64,000 nucleotides of DNA from Actinomycetota bacterium (GCA_039028435.1 JBCCIC010000001.1:204240-268239); one strand, 5' to 3'. Positions 54,214 to 64,000 are shown, counted from the stretch's first letter. Notes: a model not told the origin generated them from the sequence alone. A program made the numbers and translations.

Positions 54214-54322
54214 CGCTTCTCACCGACTCAGTGCCCGGTTTCCGCTTCTCACCGACTCAGTGCCCGGAATCCGTGATCGGAGTCGGTGAGAAGCCAAAGG
54301 CGGACCTGGAGTCGGTGAGAAA
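54214..54322. repeat. Nested inverted repeats: two direct CGCTTCTCACCGACTCAGTGCCCGG, then two GGAGTCGGTGAGAA(G/A)
   Basis: Direct copies lie at 54214-54238 and 54243-54267. Complementary arms lie at 54279-54293 and 54308-54322. The block sits between the SDR stop (54198) and the typA start (54412). Confidence 0.8.
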
Positions 54323-54411
54323 CCCGCCGGACGGCCGATTGAGACCGATACCACACGGGGCATTCCGACCGATCCGGAGGGTTCCGTGGTCGAACCGAGC
54401 ATCCTTGTTCG

Positions 54412-56268
54412 GTGAATTCCCCCGCCGGGACGGCCTCCCGCGACAACATCCGCAACGTGGCGATCATCGCCCACGTCGACCACGGCAAGACAACCCTGGT
54501 CGACGGCATGTTGCATCAGGCCGGCGCCTTCGGCGCTCATCAAGATGTCGACGAGCGCGTGATGGACTCGATGGACCTCGAGCGCGAGAAAGGCATCACC
54601 ATCCTCGCCAAGAACACGGCGATTCGCTGGGGTGACCTGAAGATCAACGTCGTCGACACCCCCGGCCACGCCGACTTCGGGGGCGAAGTCGAGCGAGCGC
54701 TCACCATGGTCGACGGCGTGCTGCTCCTCGTCGATGCCAGCGAGGGCCCGCTTCCCCAAACCCGATTCGTGCTGCGCAAGGCACTGGCGGCCGATCTGCC
54801 GGTCGTCCTCGTGATCAACAAGATCGACCGCCCAGACGCTCGCGTGGCCGAGGTCGTCACCGAGGTCGAAGACTTGTTCCTCGACGTCGACGCCGACGAG
54901 CACCAGATCGACTTCCCGATCGTCTACGCCATCGCCCGCGAGGGCACCGCCACCCTCGAGCTCGACGAACCGGGCTCCGATCTCACGCCCCTCTTGGAGA
55001 CGATCGCCGAACACGTTCCGGCGCCGAGCTTCGACCCCGAGCACCCGCTGCAAGCGTGGGTGACGAACCTCGACGCATCGCCCTATGTCGGACGCCTCGC
55101 CATCTGTCGGGTGGTCAACGGGAGCCTTCGAAAGGGTCAGACCGTCGCCTGGTGCAAGGCCGACGGTTCGGTGGCCAACGCCAAGGTCACCGAGCTCTAC
55201 ATGACCGAGAGCCACGAGCGAGTCGAGTGTGACGAGGCGAGTGCGGGCGACCTGGTCGCCGTGGCAGGTCTCCCGGACATCACGATCGGCGAGACGCTGA
55301 GCGACGTCGAAGACCCGCGGCCCATGCCGGTCATCAGCGTCGACGAGCCCAGCCTGTCGATGACGATCGGCATCAATACCTCGCCCCTCGCCGGCAAGAG
55401 CGGCGACAAGATGACCGCCCGCCAGGTCAAGGATCGCCTCGACCGAGAGCTGGTCGGCAATGTGTCGCTCCGCGTGCTGGACCTGAATCGCCCCGATGCG
55501 TGGGAGGTCCAAGGACGAGGCGAACTGCAGCTGGCCGTTCTGGTCGAGATGATGCGCCGCGAGGGTTTCGAGCTCACCGTCGGCAAGCCTCAGGTCGTCA
55601 CCCGAGAGATCGACGGCACCCTCCACGAGCCGGTCGAGGTCGTCACGATCGACATTCCCGAGGAGTTCGTCGGCGCGATCACCCAGCTGATCAGCCCGCG
55701 CAAGGGTCTGCTGCAGGAGATGGTCAACCACGGAACCGGCTGGGTGCGCCTCGACTACCGAGTCCCCGCTCGAGGACTCATCGGTTTCCGCACCGACTTC
55801 CTGACCGAGACCCGGGGAACAGGACTGCTCCATCACGTGTTCGATGGTTGGGTGCCGTGGCAGGGCGAGATCCAAGCCCGCAACCGCGGCAGCCTCGTGG
55901 CCGATCGCCTCGGCGTGGCCACCAGCAATGCGATCATGAACCTGCAAGAACGAGGCACGTTCTTCGTCGACGTCGGCGACGACGTCTACGAAGGGATGAT
56001 CGTGGGCGAGACCCCCAAGGCCGGCGACATGGACATCAACATCTGCAAGGAGAAGAAGCACACCAACGTTCGCGCCGCCGCGGCCGACGAGCTGGTGCGC
56101 CTCACCCCACCGAAGAAGATGTCGCTGGAACAGTCGCTCGAGTTCATCGGTGACGACGAGGCGATCGAGGTCACGCCCGACAAGATCCGGCTGCGCAAGG
56201 TCGCCCTCGACGCGACCACGCGGCTGCGCGCCGCCAAGAATCTCAAACGCTCGCGCGAATCGGTATGA
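54412..56268 (+). CDS. typA: Translational GTPase TypA/BipA
   Basis: [30 protein letters not shown] and NKIDR, with EF-G-like domains. 618 aa. Confidence 0.9.
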   Translation: MNSPAGTASRDNIRNVAIIAHVDHGKTTLVDGMLHQAGAFGAHQDVDERVMDSMDLEREKGITILAKNTAIRWGDLKINVVDTPGHADFGGEVERALTMVDGVLLLVDASEGPLPQTRFVLRKALAADLPVVLVINKIDRPDARVAEVVTEVEDLFLDVDADEHQIDFPIVYAIAREGTATLELDEPGSDLTPLLETIAEHVPAPSFDPEHPLQAWVTNLDASPYVGRLAICRVVNGSLRKGQTVAWCKADGSVANAKVTELYMTESHERVECDEASAGDLVAVAGLPDITIGETLSDVEDPRPMPVISVDEPSLSMTIGINTSPLAGKSGDKMTARQVKDRLDRELVGNVSLRVLDLNRPDAWEVQGRGELQLAVLVEMMRREGFELTVGKPQVVTREIDGTLHEPVEVVTIDIPEEFVGAITQLISPRKGLLQEMVNHGTGWVRLDYRVPARGLIGFRTDFLTETRGTGLLHHVFDGWVPWQGEIQARNRGSLVADRLGVATSNAIMNLQERGTFFVDVGDDVYEGMIVGETPKAGDMDINICKEKKHTNVRAAAADELVRLTPPKKMSLEQSLEFIGDDEAIEVTPDKIRLRKVALDATTRLRAAKNLKRSRESV

Positions 56269-58172
56269 CCGAGCAGGACACCGCCCGCGATCCGTCTCGA
56301 TCGTTCGACGACCTCGGGGTGTCCGCAGCCGTCGTGTCCGCGCTCGCTGACCAGAACATCGACGCGCCCTTCCCCATTCAGGAAGCCGTGATCGAGGCTG
56401 CCCTCGCCGGTCGCGACCTCTGTGGCAAGGCGCCGACCGGGTCGGGCAAGACACTGGCATTCGGCGTGCCGGCAATCGACCTGGCCGACATCGGCGGCCC
56501 CTGGCATCCCAAAGTGCTGATCCTGTCCCCGACCCGCGAGCTGGCAACCCAGATCAAGGAAGAGCTTGCACCGCTGGCCAAGGCCCGCTCGCGAACGATC
56601 GGCACGGTCTTCGGCGGCACGAACATCGAGCGCGACATCCGCCTGCTCAAACGCGGCGTCGACATCCTTGTGGCGTGCCCGGGCCGCCTCGAGGACCTGA
56701 TCGCAAGGCGCTGCTGTGAGCTGCGCGATGTACGCATCGCGGTCGTCGATGAGGCCGACCGCATGGCCGACATGGGCTTCCTGCCGAGCGTCAAGCGGAT
56801 CCTCGACGCGACGCCCGACGATCGCCAGACCCTGCTCTTCTCGGCCACGCTCGACGGCGACGTCGATGCCCTGATCGAGCGCTACCAGGACGACCCGATC
56901 ACCTACGAGGTCGAGGAAACCGTCGAGGAACTCGGCGATGTCGAGCACTCGTGGTACCTGCAGCAGCCATCAGCCCGGATCGACGAGGCGGCCGAGCTGC
57001 TTCGCCGCTACGAGTCGTCGATCGTGTTCTGCCGCACCCGGCGCGGCTGCGACCGCGTGACCCGCCTGCTCACCGATCGGCAGATCCGCGCCGTGGCGAT
57101 CCACGGTGATCGCAGTCAGGCCCAGCGCGAACGCGCGCTCGCCGACTTCACGACCGGGCGAGCCAACGTGTTGGTCGCCACCGACGTCGCCGCCCGCGGC
57201 ATCCACGTCGACGACGTCTCACTCGTGGTGCACTACGACCCAGCGAACTCGGACAAGGACTACATCCACCGGTCCGGGCGGACCGGCCGTGCCGGCAAGG
57301 ACGGGCGGGTCATCTCCTTGGTCGTCGAAGACAAGAAGAAGATCGCCAGGGAGCTGCAACGAGACTTGGGGCTGACGCCCGGCTTCGAAACGCTTGATCT
57401 CTCGGCCATGCCCGCAGTCGTGGAGCGTCTGCCCGTGCCGCCCCGCGAGGAGCGCCAGCAGAAGCCGAAGACAAAGACGAACGGCGAGGCGCGCAAGGGA
57501 ACCGACCGATCGCGCGACGAACCAGGCAACCGAGAGCAGCGCGGCAGCGATGCACCCAACCGCAAGCCGCGCGACCGCAACGCGCGCGGCCGAGGCGGGC
57601 AGAATCGAGATGGGCGTGGCGACCGAGATCGGAATCCACGCAACCGAAACGATCGCGACCGCAAGCATCCGGGTGAGCGTCGCGCTGGCACCGGACCGTC
57701 GGCGCGCAACCGTGGCCGCCGGTCGAACAACGACTGGTACCCGCCCGGTTGGGACGAAGACCGGGCGTCGTCGGGTCGCCGTGGTGGCCGCACACGGGAC
57801 GAACGCGACGACGCATACGAGCGCGACGGCGACCGCCAGGGTCAGGGCAAGCGCTCCGACCGGGGCGGTCGCTCACGAGATGGCAACCGCCAGGGTGAGG
57901 GCAAGCGCTCCAACCAAGGCTCGGGCCAGGGACGTCGCTCCGGCCAGGGTTCTCGCTCCGGCCAGGGTTCTCGCTCCGGCCAGGGTTCTCGCTCCGGCCA
58001 GGGTTCTCGCTCCGGCCAAGGCTCGCGATCGGGCGACCAGCGGTCACGCGACGACGAGCGTCCGACGGGCGGACGCAACACGGCGAAGAAGAAAAGCCGG
58101 TCCGCCAAGGGCCGCCACGCCGACCGCAACAGCACCAAGAACAAGGGTCGCCGGCGCGGACCACGCCGCTGA
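56265..58172 (+). CDS. DEAD-box RNA helicase with a ~230-aa Arg/Gly/Ser/Asp-rich C-terminal tail
   Basis: [27 protein letters not shown] and [14 protein letters not shown] overlap with typA. Confidence 0.9.
   Translation: MTEQDTARDPSRSFDDLGVSAAVVSALADQNIDAPFPIQEAVIEAALAGRDLCGKAPTGSGKTLAFGVPAIDLADIGGPWHPKVLILSPTRELATQIKEELAPLAKARSRTIGTVFGGTNIERDIRLLKRGVDILVACPGRLEDLIARRCCELRDVRIAVVDEADRMADMGFLPSVKRILDATPDDRQTLLFSATLDGDVDALIERYQDDPITYEVEETVEELGDVEHSWYLQQPSARIDEAAELLRRYESSIVFCRTRRGCDRVTRLLTDRQIRAVAIHGDRSQAQRERALADFTTGRANVLVATDVAARGIHVDDVSLVVHYDPANSDKDYIHRSGRTGRAGKDGRVISLVVEDKKKIARELQRDLGLTPGFETLDLSAMPAVVERLPVPPREERQQKPKTKTNGEARKGTDRSRDEPGNREQRGSDAPNRKPRDRNARGRGGQNRDGRGDRDRNPRNRNDRDRKHPGERRAGTGPSARNRGRRSNNDWYPPGWDEDRASSGRRGGRTRDERDDAYERDGDRQGQGKRSDRGGRSRDGNRQGEGKRSNQGSGQGRRSGQGSRSGQGSRSGQGSRSGQGSRSGQGSRSGDQRSRDDERPTGGRNTAKKKSRSAKGRHADRNSTKNKGRRRGPRR
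57924..58031 (+). repeat. 18-bp in-frame tandem repeat (GQGSRS)n: 4 perfect copies plus 2 flanking imperfect copies
   Basis: GGCCAGGGTTCTCGCTCC occurs at 57942, 57960, 57978 and 57996. Degenerate copies lie at 57924 and 58014. Confidence 0.9.
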
Positions 58173-58204
58173 CGCTTCGCTCTTCTTCTGGAGCTGAAGC
58201 TTGC

Positions 58205-60415
58205 CTATGCCGCCGCCTCTCGGTGGACGAAGCGACGCACGCCCCCGTTGGGCTGGTGCGTGCGCAGGAACTCGTCGCCCGGGATCGGACGACTCATGTA
58301 GTAGCCCTGGGCAAGGTCACAGCCGATCTCCCGCAGCCGATCCCAGGCCTCGGCGGTCTCCACACCTTCGGCCACGCTGCGGTGTCCGAGCACCGACGCC
58401 AGATCGACCACGGCCTTGACGATGATGAGATCCTCCGGATCGGTGACCATGCCCATCACGAACGAGCGGTCGATCTTGAGTTCTTGCACCGGCAGTTTCC
58501 GAAGCCGGCTGAGCGACGAATACCCCACGCCGAAGTCGTCGATCGACAGGTCGATCCCCAGTCTCGTCAGGCTTTCGAAGACCGGCCCATGCACGGACAG
58601 GTCTTCGAGAATGTCCGACTCGGTGATTTCGAAGGTCAGGCGCCTCGGTGGCACACCGGCGTCGCGGAGCATGCGGCTGACGCGCTCCGCAAGACCCCGA
58701 TCGAAGAAGCTCATCGCACTCAGGTTGACGGCGACGTCGATCGGTGCACCCTCTCGGTCCGTCTGCGCAGCGAAGTGGATTCCTTGACGAATGACCTCGT
58801 CGGTGAACGCCTGGTAGTCACCCGAAACCGACAGGACAGGCAGGAATCGGTCCGGCGTGAGCAGGCCGAGTTCAGGGTGCCGCCACCGGGCGAGACCCTC
58901 TGCGGCGACGACCCGCTCGGTGTTCAGGTCGATCTTCGGCTGGAACCAGAGCTCGATCTGGCCGTTCTCGATGGCGCTTGCGAGCTCCTGAGACAAAGCA
59001 AGCTGTTCACCGACGCGTGCACCGCGGCTCTCCGAGAACTGGACGACTCGTTCCTGCGCATCTTTCGCGCGATACATCGCCGTGTCGGCGCGCATCATGA
59101 CCACATCGCTGGATTGTCCGTCGAACGGGGCGACTGCGACCCCGACCGACGCGGACACCGACAAGGTGAGCCGCTCGATCATCACGAGTTCCTCGATGGC
59201 CTCGACGATCTCGAGAGCCCGCTGCGCGGCCCGGTGCGCTTCGGGGCCGGCGAGGAGGAACGCGAACTCGTCACCGCCCAGCCGGGACGCCGAGTCGACG
59301 AAGTCGAGCTGTTCGAACCGACGGGCGAGCATCGAAAGCACCTGGTCGCCGATGCGGTGACCCAGCACGTCGTTGAGCTCTTTGAATCGGTTGAGGTCCA
59401 CCAGCAGAACGGCGACGGGATCCTGCTCGCTGCACTGGTCGAGGCGTTCCGCGAGTTGGGTGATGAAGACGTTGCGTGTCACCAGCCCGGTCAGGTCGTC
59501 ATGCTCGGCCTGATGGCGAATCAACCGGGTGGCCAGCGCAAGCTCGGTGATCTCCATCGCCACGCCTTGGATGAAGCCGGTCGATTCGCTCACCCGAAGC
59601 CGGTGCCGGAACGGAACACTGCCGCCCGACTCGTGGCGGAGGTCGAAGACCGCAAAGACGCCGTCGCCTTCGGGCTCGATCCGAGCGGCGCTCAGCGCAT
59701 CCATGAATCGGCTGCGGTCGACGACGAGTTCGTCGGAGTGCATTCCCACGACGTCTTCGGCGCGGCGACCGAGCGTGCGCATCGTGTTTCCGGTGATCGA
59801 AACGAGGCGACCGGTCGCCGGGTCGAGCTCCCAGAAGAACAGACCAGCCGTCTCGACGAGGGTGTCGTATCGGCGATCGGTTTCGGCGCGCTCCAGCCGC
59901 CACTGCGCGTGATAGCGCTCGACTGCGGGAGCGAGTATCACGAAGGCCGCGATCGGCAGGTACCAGTAGTCGATGCCCCGGCTGATGCCGACGGCTGCGA
60001 GCAGCACCGCTGCCAACGCCACAAGGACCATCGCACCGAGACGGCTCTCGACGGGAACCGTACCGATGGCCAGCGCGACGAGCACCACAACCCCGGCCAT
60101 CCACAGCACCGGGATGATGCTGGTGATGACGGCGACGATGACCATGATCATCACGTTGGGCACGCGGTTCTGTCCGGCGCGACCCACCCGGCGATCGACC
60201 GCGTGGGTCACGATCAGGTTGACCATGATCAGCCCGGCGACGACCGTGCGCTCGAGCATCGATGCCTCGAACGGCAGGATCAGTGTGAGCACCGCCAGCA
60301 ACACGTTCGCGACCGCGCGCACGATCGGGAAGTTCGTACCCGATTCCATGTGCACGCGCCGAGCCATTTGCTCCCGCGTCGTCGGGTCACCATCGCGCCG
60401 AATCTCAGACCACAC
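58205..60415 (-). CDS. Membrane-anchored PAS-GGDEF-EAL c-di-GMP signalling protein
   Basis: About 5 N-terminal TM helices, a PAS-like segment, GGDEF (RLGGDEFAFLL) and EAL blocks (EGLARW, EITES, DDFGVGYSSL, KIDRSF, AEGVE, QGYYMS). The start may be an internal Met. Confidence 0.85.
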   Translation of the reverse strand: MWSEIRRDGDPTTREQMARRVHMESGTNFPIVRAVANVLLAVLTLILPFEASMLERTVVAGLIMVNLIVTHAVDRRVGRAGQNRVPNVMIMVIVAVITSIIPVLWMAGVVVLVALAIGTVPVESRLGAMVLVALAAVLLAAVGISRGIDYWYLPIAAFVILAPAVERYHAQWRLERAETDRRYDTLVETAGLFFWELDPATGRLVSITGNTMRTLGRRAEDVVGMHSDELVVDRSRFMDALSAARIEPEGDGVFAVFDLRHESGGSVPFRHRLRVSESTGFIQGVAMEITELALATRLIRHQAEHDDLTGLVTRNVFITQLAERLDQCSEQDPVAVLLVDLNRFKELNDVLGHRIGDQVLSMLARRFEQLDFVDSASRLGGDEFAFLLAGPEAHRAAQRALEIVEAIEELVMIERLTLSVSASVGVAVAPFDGQSSDVVMMRADTAMYRAKDAQERVVQFSESRGARVGEQLALSQELASAIENGQIELWFQPKIDLNTERVVAAEGLARWRHPELGLLTPDRFLPVLSVSGDYQAFTDEVIRQGIHFAAQTDREGAPIDVAVNLSAMSFFDRGLAERVSRMLRDAGVPPRRLTFEITESDILEDLSVHGPVFESLTRLGIDLSIDDFGVGYSSLSRLRKLPVQELKIDRSFVMGMVTDPEDLIIVKAVVDLASVLGHRSVAEGVETAEAWDRLREIGCDLAQGYYMSRPIPGDEFLRTHQPNGGVRRFVHREAAA

Positions 60416-60575
60416 CGCTGTCAGTATCGGCCACCCGTCGCGAAATATGAGGCAATGGTCTCAGAAATTCCTCCGTCGGGGTAACGGCAGAGCCGGCGTC
60501 AGACGAAGCACGCCGACCGGCGGACATCGAATGGTCCCGATGACCCATGAGTCCGACGCGCCACCCGCCGACGGG

Positions 60576-60894
60576 CTATTCGATCACTTCGAACTCCTTG
60601 ATCTCGACTGTGAGCGCTATGTCCCACCTTGCCCATGCGCGCTGCGCGTCCCGCTTGACGGGTCAGGCCGCGGGCCTCCTCGCGTGCCTCGGTGGGGGTC
60701 GACTCCTGACGACCAGGCGACACCGACGACGCGATGGTGACGCCGAGCATCTCCGCCGCGAACTGATCCTTCTTCGCCGCGAGCATGAGCTTCTGAACGA
60801 ATCGGTGGCCGCCACCGTCGACGAAGAACGTCGGCGACTTGTCATGGCACTGCGGCAGCGCCCCCTCCACGAACTTGCCGGAGTCGGCTATCAA
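60576..60894 (-). pseudogene. Short minus-strand coding remnant (…SPTFFVDGGGHRF…), apparently frameshifted
   Basis: G/C third-position bias is strong in the minus frame from TTG 60894 to about 60660. It then continues in another frame (VKRDAQRAWARWDIALTVEIKEFEVIE, stop at 60576-60578). SPTFFVDG is reminiscent of the cis-Pro loop region of DsbA-like proteins, but the N-terminus is missing. Confidence 0.3.
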
Positions 60895-61049
60895 CTCGAA
60901 CGCGCTTCGCTGGCCCTGATCCGCGGCGACGGGCTCGCGGCATCACGCATCCTCGATGCCGCATCAGCCGACCTGATCATCCAACTCGAAGAGATGCGAG
61001 CCAGCAGATCCAACCTCGCAGCCCCCGATGCAGCGGACGGCGATCGGTC

Positions 61050-61424
61050 ATGACGGCACCGGTATCGGTGGTGCTGGCCGACGACTCGACGACGATTCGA
61101 TCGATGCTCGGCTCGCTGCTCGAGGAAGACCCCGACATCGACCTCGCCGGCCTCGCCTCGGATGGGCCGCAAGCGGTCGAGATGGCGCTGAGCCGTCGCC
61201 CCGATGTGGTGATTCTCGACGTGCAGATGCCCGGCCTCGACGGGCTTCGGGCGACCCGTCGCATCCTCGCCGAATGGCCGGAGGCACGGGTGATCCTGCA
61301 CACGGCCTACCCCGACGATGGTCTCGCCTCCGAGGCCTGCCAAGCCGGCGCCGCCGGCTATCTGACCAAGGATCAGCGACCGTCGGCGCTGATCGCGACC
61401 GTATTGAAAGTGGCCCAATCATGA
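61050..61424 (+). CDS. Stand-alone response-regulator receiver (REC) domain protein
   Basis: 124 aa: VVLADDS..., VVILDVQMPGLDGL (phospho-acceptor Asp) and GYLTKD. There is no output domain. Confidence 0.85.
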   Translation: MTAPVSVVLADDSTTIRSMLGSLLEEDPDIDLAGLASDGPQAVEMALSRRPDVVILDVQMPGLDGLRATRRILAEWPEARVILHTAYPDDGLASEACQAGAAGYLTKDQRPSALIATVLKVAQS

Positions 61425-61768
61425 GTCAAGTGATCGATCGTTCCGTGCTCGACGAGATGGCGGAGATGATGGGCGGTATGACCGAGATCGTCGATGACAT
61501 CGTCGGCACGTATCTCGTCGAGACACCGCCTCTCGTTTCGACGATCGCCGGCGACAGCACCATCGAAGACGTCCGCATCGCGGCGCACACGCTCAAATCG
61601 TCGAGCCGCGCCGTCGGTGCGATGCTCCTCGGCGATCTCGCCGAGGAGATCGAGGGAGCCGCACGCGACGGCTCCCTCGACGGTGTCGCAGGCGCCCGCG
61701 GCGCCGTGCAGACCAGCTTCGACCAGGCCGCCGAACTCCTCGGCGACTGGCAGGCGATTCCCGCCTGA
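61421..61768 (+). CDS. Stand-alone histidine phosphotransfer (Hpt) domain protein
   Basis: 115 aa with AAHTLKSSSRAVGA (HxxKS/G motif) in a four-helix-bundle-like sequence. ATGA overlap with the REC gene. Confidence 0.7.
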   Translation: MSQVIDRSVLDEMAEMMGGMTEIVDDIVGTYLVETPPLVSTIAGDSTIEDVRIAAHTLKSSSRAVGAMLLGDLAEEIEGAARDGSLDGVAGARGAVQTSFDQAAELLGDWQAIPA

Positions 61769-61774
61769 CGAGCC

Positions 61775-63127
61775 TCAGCTCAACAGGTCGGTGACGGTGT
61801 CGAGGTACAGCCCGGTCGTCAGCCCGATCGACTCGACGTCGATGCGCTCATTGTTGCCGTGGAACCTGCTCCCGTACTCGGCTGCGCTGACCTCAGGACT
61901 CAGCAGACCAGCGCCGTACGCCACGGCGCCGAGACTGCGGTGTACGCGTGCATCGGTGAACCCGACCGTCAAGCCCGGCGACAACTCGCTCTGTGGAAAC
62001 GCGTTGGATACCGCACGCTGGAGTGAGTCCCACAGCGGGGTGTTCACCGGGCTCATCGATGACATGTCGTTCATCAGTGGACTGATTTCGACCTCGTCGG
62101 CCAGGTCGCCGATCGCATCGGTCAGGTACTCGCGAACATGCTCCGGGGTCTCGCCCGGCATGGTGCGGACATCGATGTCGATGTCGACCACATCGGGAAT
62201 CGTGTTGGTCTTCGTCGGGCTCACCAGCACGTTCGGGCTCATCGTCATGTGGCAGCACGAATGGAGATGGGTCGCCGCGCCTCGAGGCATGTTCGCGATC
62301 GCGTCGTCGACCTTGGCCGGGTCGAGAAGCGCGGCGGCGAGTTCATCCTCGACGCCGTGCACCGTGCGCAGGTCCTCGACCTGTTGGCGCCAGAGTTCGT
62401 GGAATCGCGGCGGGGTCCGGTACTCGCCAACCCGCTGCACGATCGCCGCCGCCTTGATCAGCGCATTGTCCGCCTCGTAGGGACGCGAGCCGTGGCCCGG
62501 AGTCCCTCGCACGCGGAGGCGACGCCAGGCGACTCCCTTCTCCCCCACCATCACGCCGACGGTCGGGCGCGTCGACGAACCGCCGTGCAGACCGCCGTTC
62601 TCCGTGAGCACGTAGTCGGAGCGGATGACGTCGGGATGGTTGTCGGCCATCCACTGCGCCCCGTATTTCGATCCGGATTCCTCGTCGGCGACGGCGAAGA
62701 AGATCAGGTCACCAGCCGGGCGGAAGCCGGAATCGGCAAGGTGGCGGAACGTCACGGCCATGGACGACGTGAGCCCGAGCATGTCGATCGCACCGCGCCC
62801 CCAGACCTCGCCATCGATGAGCTCACCGCCGAATGGGTCACGGTCCCAGCCGTCGGGATTCACCGGAACAACGTCGGTGTGGCCGTTGAGGCAGAGGCTC
62901 GGCGCATTGGGATCACGCCCTTCGATCCGGGCGACGAGCGACACCCGACCCGGAGCGGACTCGTAGCGCTGAACGTCGAGCCCACCTCCCTCGATGTAGT
63001 TCTGCAGCAGGTCGGCGTTGCGCACTTCGTAGCCCGAATCCTCGGTGCCCTCGTTGACGCACGCATTGCGGATCATGTGCTGCAACAGGTCGATCGTGGC
63101 GTTCGTCAGCGCAGGGGTACTCGGCAT
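61775..63127 (-). CDS. M20-family metallopeptidase (ArgE/DapE/CPG2-like)
   Basis: LNGHTDVVPV, GRGAIDMLG, FAVADEESG and a dimerisation-domain-length insert. 450 aa. Confidence 0.8.
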   Translation of the reverse strand: MPSTPALTNATIDLLQHMIRNACVNEGTEDSGYEVRNADLLQNYIEGGGLDVQRYESAPGRVSLVARIEGRDPNAPSLCLNGHTDVVPVNPDGWDRDPFGGELIDGEVWGRGAIDMLGLTSSMAVTFRHLADSGFRPAGDLIFFAVADEESGSKYGAQWMADNHPDVIRSDYVLTENGGLHGGSSTRPTVGVMVGEKGVAWRRLRVRGTPGHGSRPYEADNALIKAAAIVQRVGEYRTPPRFHELWRQQVEDLRTVHGVEDELAAALLDPAKVDDAIANMPRGAATHLHSCCHMTMSPNVLVSPTKTNTIPDVVDIDIDVRTMPGETPEHVREYLTDAIGDLADEVEISPLMNDMSSMSPVNTPLWDSLQRAVSNAFPQSELSPGLTVGFTDARVHRSLGAVAYGAGLLSPEVSAAEYGSRFHGNNERIDVESIGLTTGLYLDTVTDLLS

Positions 63128-63230
63128 GGGAAAGCCTCCTCGCCCGAGATCCTAGGACAGCCCGCCCGACACTCGGCCGACGATCCCGCCGGCGCGGAGC
63201 CCCGAGGGCTCAGCCTCGTAGGCTGCGCCG

Positions 63231-64000
63231 ATGACCACCCGTCCTTGGATGAGCGAGTCCGCCCGCAATCGGGAGTCGGCCATTGTCGAGACGGTCGCCG
63301 ATGCCTCGACCGATGACGTGCGACGATCGATCGACCAGCTCGTCGCCGACAACCGCGAGATCCACGAACGTCGCTCGCTCAACCTCAACCCGGCGACGAA
63401 CGTCATGAACCCTCGCGCCGAGGCCGTGCTGGCCGCCGGACTCGGATCGCGACCATCGCTCGGCCACCCGGGCGCGAAGTACGAGGTCGGCCTGGAGGCC
63501 ATCGAGGAGCTCGAGGTGATCACCGCCGAGTTGGCCGGTCGGGTCTTCGGCAGTGCGTTCAATGAGATTCGGGTGTTCAGCGGCGCGATGGCGAACCTCA
63601 CGACCTTCATGGCCTGCGCCAAGCCCGGCGACGCCATCATCGTGCCACCGCCGTCGATCGGCGGGCACGTGACCCACAACACCGCCGGCGCGGCCGGACT
63701 GTATGGCCTGGACATCCACGAGGCCCCGATAGACCCCGATCGCTACACGCTCGATGTCGAAGGCGTCGCCCAACTGGCCGAACGGGTGCGCCCGAAGCTC
63801 ATCACCGTCGGTGCCAGCCTGAACCTGCTTCCACACCCGGTCGCCGAGCTCCGCACCATCGCCGACCAGGTCGGCGCGCACCTGTTGTTCGATGCGGCCC
63901 ATGCCTGCGGGATGATCGCCGGCGGCGAGTGGCCGAACCCGCTGGTCGAGGGCGCCCACGTGATGACGATGAGCACCTACAAGAGCCTCGGCGGACCCGC
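63231..64000 (+). CDS. glyA: Serine hydroxymethyltransferase-family enzyme; 3' end lies outside the window
   Basis: Not in the ORF track because it is open-ended. My translation from ATG 63231: MTTRPWMSESARNRES...LNLNPATNVMNPRAEAVL...FSGAMANLTTF...GGHVTHN...TMSTYKSLGGP. Confidence 0.75.
   Translation, partial: MTTRPWMSESARNRESAIVETVADASTDDVRRSIDQLVADNREIHERRSLNLNPATNVMNPRAEAVLAAGLGSRPSLGHPGAKYEVGLEAIEELEVITAELAGRVFGSAFNEIRVFSGAMANLTTFMACAKPGDAIIVPPPSIGGHVTHNTAGAAGLYGLDIHEAPIDPDRYTLDVEGVAQLAERVRPKLITVGASLNLLPHPVAELRTIADQVGAHLLFDAAHACGMIAGGEWPNPLVEGAHVMTMSTYKSLGGP

Noticed and set aside
54220-56547. 775-aa minus-strand ORF
   Set aside because: It is antisense to typA, which is unambiguous from its G-domain motifs.
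58223-60484. 753-aa plus-strand ORF
   Set aside because: It is antisense to the PAS-GGDEF-EAL gene, which is unambiguous from its GGDEF and EAL motifs.
60547-61053. 168-aa plus-strand ORF whose C-terminal half resembles a HisKA_3 dimerisation/phospho-acceptor domain (EERRRLVMALRQRPLHELAGVGYQLE...) and whose stop overlaps the REC start (ATGA)
   Set aside because: It was tempting as a kinase remnant for the REC-Hpt pair. However, between ~60720 and 60894 the G/C-richest codon position fits the minus-strand frame rather than this one. There is no ATPase domain, the canonical ELHD box is disrupted, and 60895-61049 shows no clear periodicity. I keep it as an open possibility only.
63128-63230. 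Possible ZTP/folate-type riboswitch upstream of glyA
   Set aside because: The 103-nt leader lacks the conserved pfl-motif elements I can recall, such as the CCGCCTGGGC-type 3' pseudoknot strand. It is also shared with the divergent M20 peptidase promoter.

Overview
This is a high-G+C chromosomal segment that looks Actinomycetota-like. Supporting signs are a mycothiol-type MDMPI/DinB gene, luciferase-like (probably F420-type) oxidoreductases, an LAxTG sorting signal and a Tat signal. I can support about 55 protein-coding genes. I found no rRNA, tRNA, CRISPR array, transposase or integrase. All family calls rest on motif recognition in my own reading of the translations; no searches were run.

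Most of the window is ordinary metabolism and housekeeping:
- form I aerobic CO dehydrogenase coxMSL (coxL runs off the left edge)
- a Rieske oxygenase and a LysR/YeiH-like divergent pair
- c-di-GMP enzymes, acyl-CoA dehydrogenase, SDRs, FadD and a MurE-like ligase
- TlpA/CcdA, two citrate-synthase-family genes, typA and a DEAD-box helicase
- an M20 peptidase, and glyA running off the right edge

The most unusual content is a set of three dynamin-like GTPase (DLP) genes within 14 kb.
- Operon at 27000-35340: four tightly coupled genes encode a 1068-aa extremely acidic repeat protein, a DLP with a degenerate P-loop, a second DLP, and an Hsp70 that has only the nucleotide-binding domain plus a proline-rich repeat tail. 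The layout resembles mycobacterial iniBAC with an extra Hsp70-like partner. It is preceded by a four-copy 79-80 bp tandem repeat.
- Islet at 21183-23689: a solitary DLP with clearly lower G+C sits between two copies of the last 13 codons of the neighbouring acyl-CoA dehydrogenase. The two copies differ only at synonymous sites.

Other points worth a second look:
- inverted composite repeats bracketing a two-gene cassette (40298-43661)
- nested inverted repeats ahead of typA
- a 1422-aa three-module beta-helix protein with a dockerin-like end, next to an LAFTG-anchored protein
- an orphan REC + Hpt pair
- several frameshifted genes and several operator-like palindromes in A/T-richer intergenic patches
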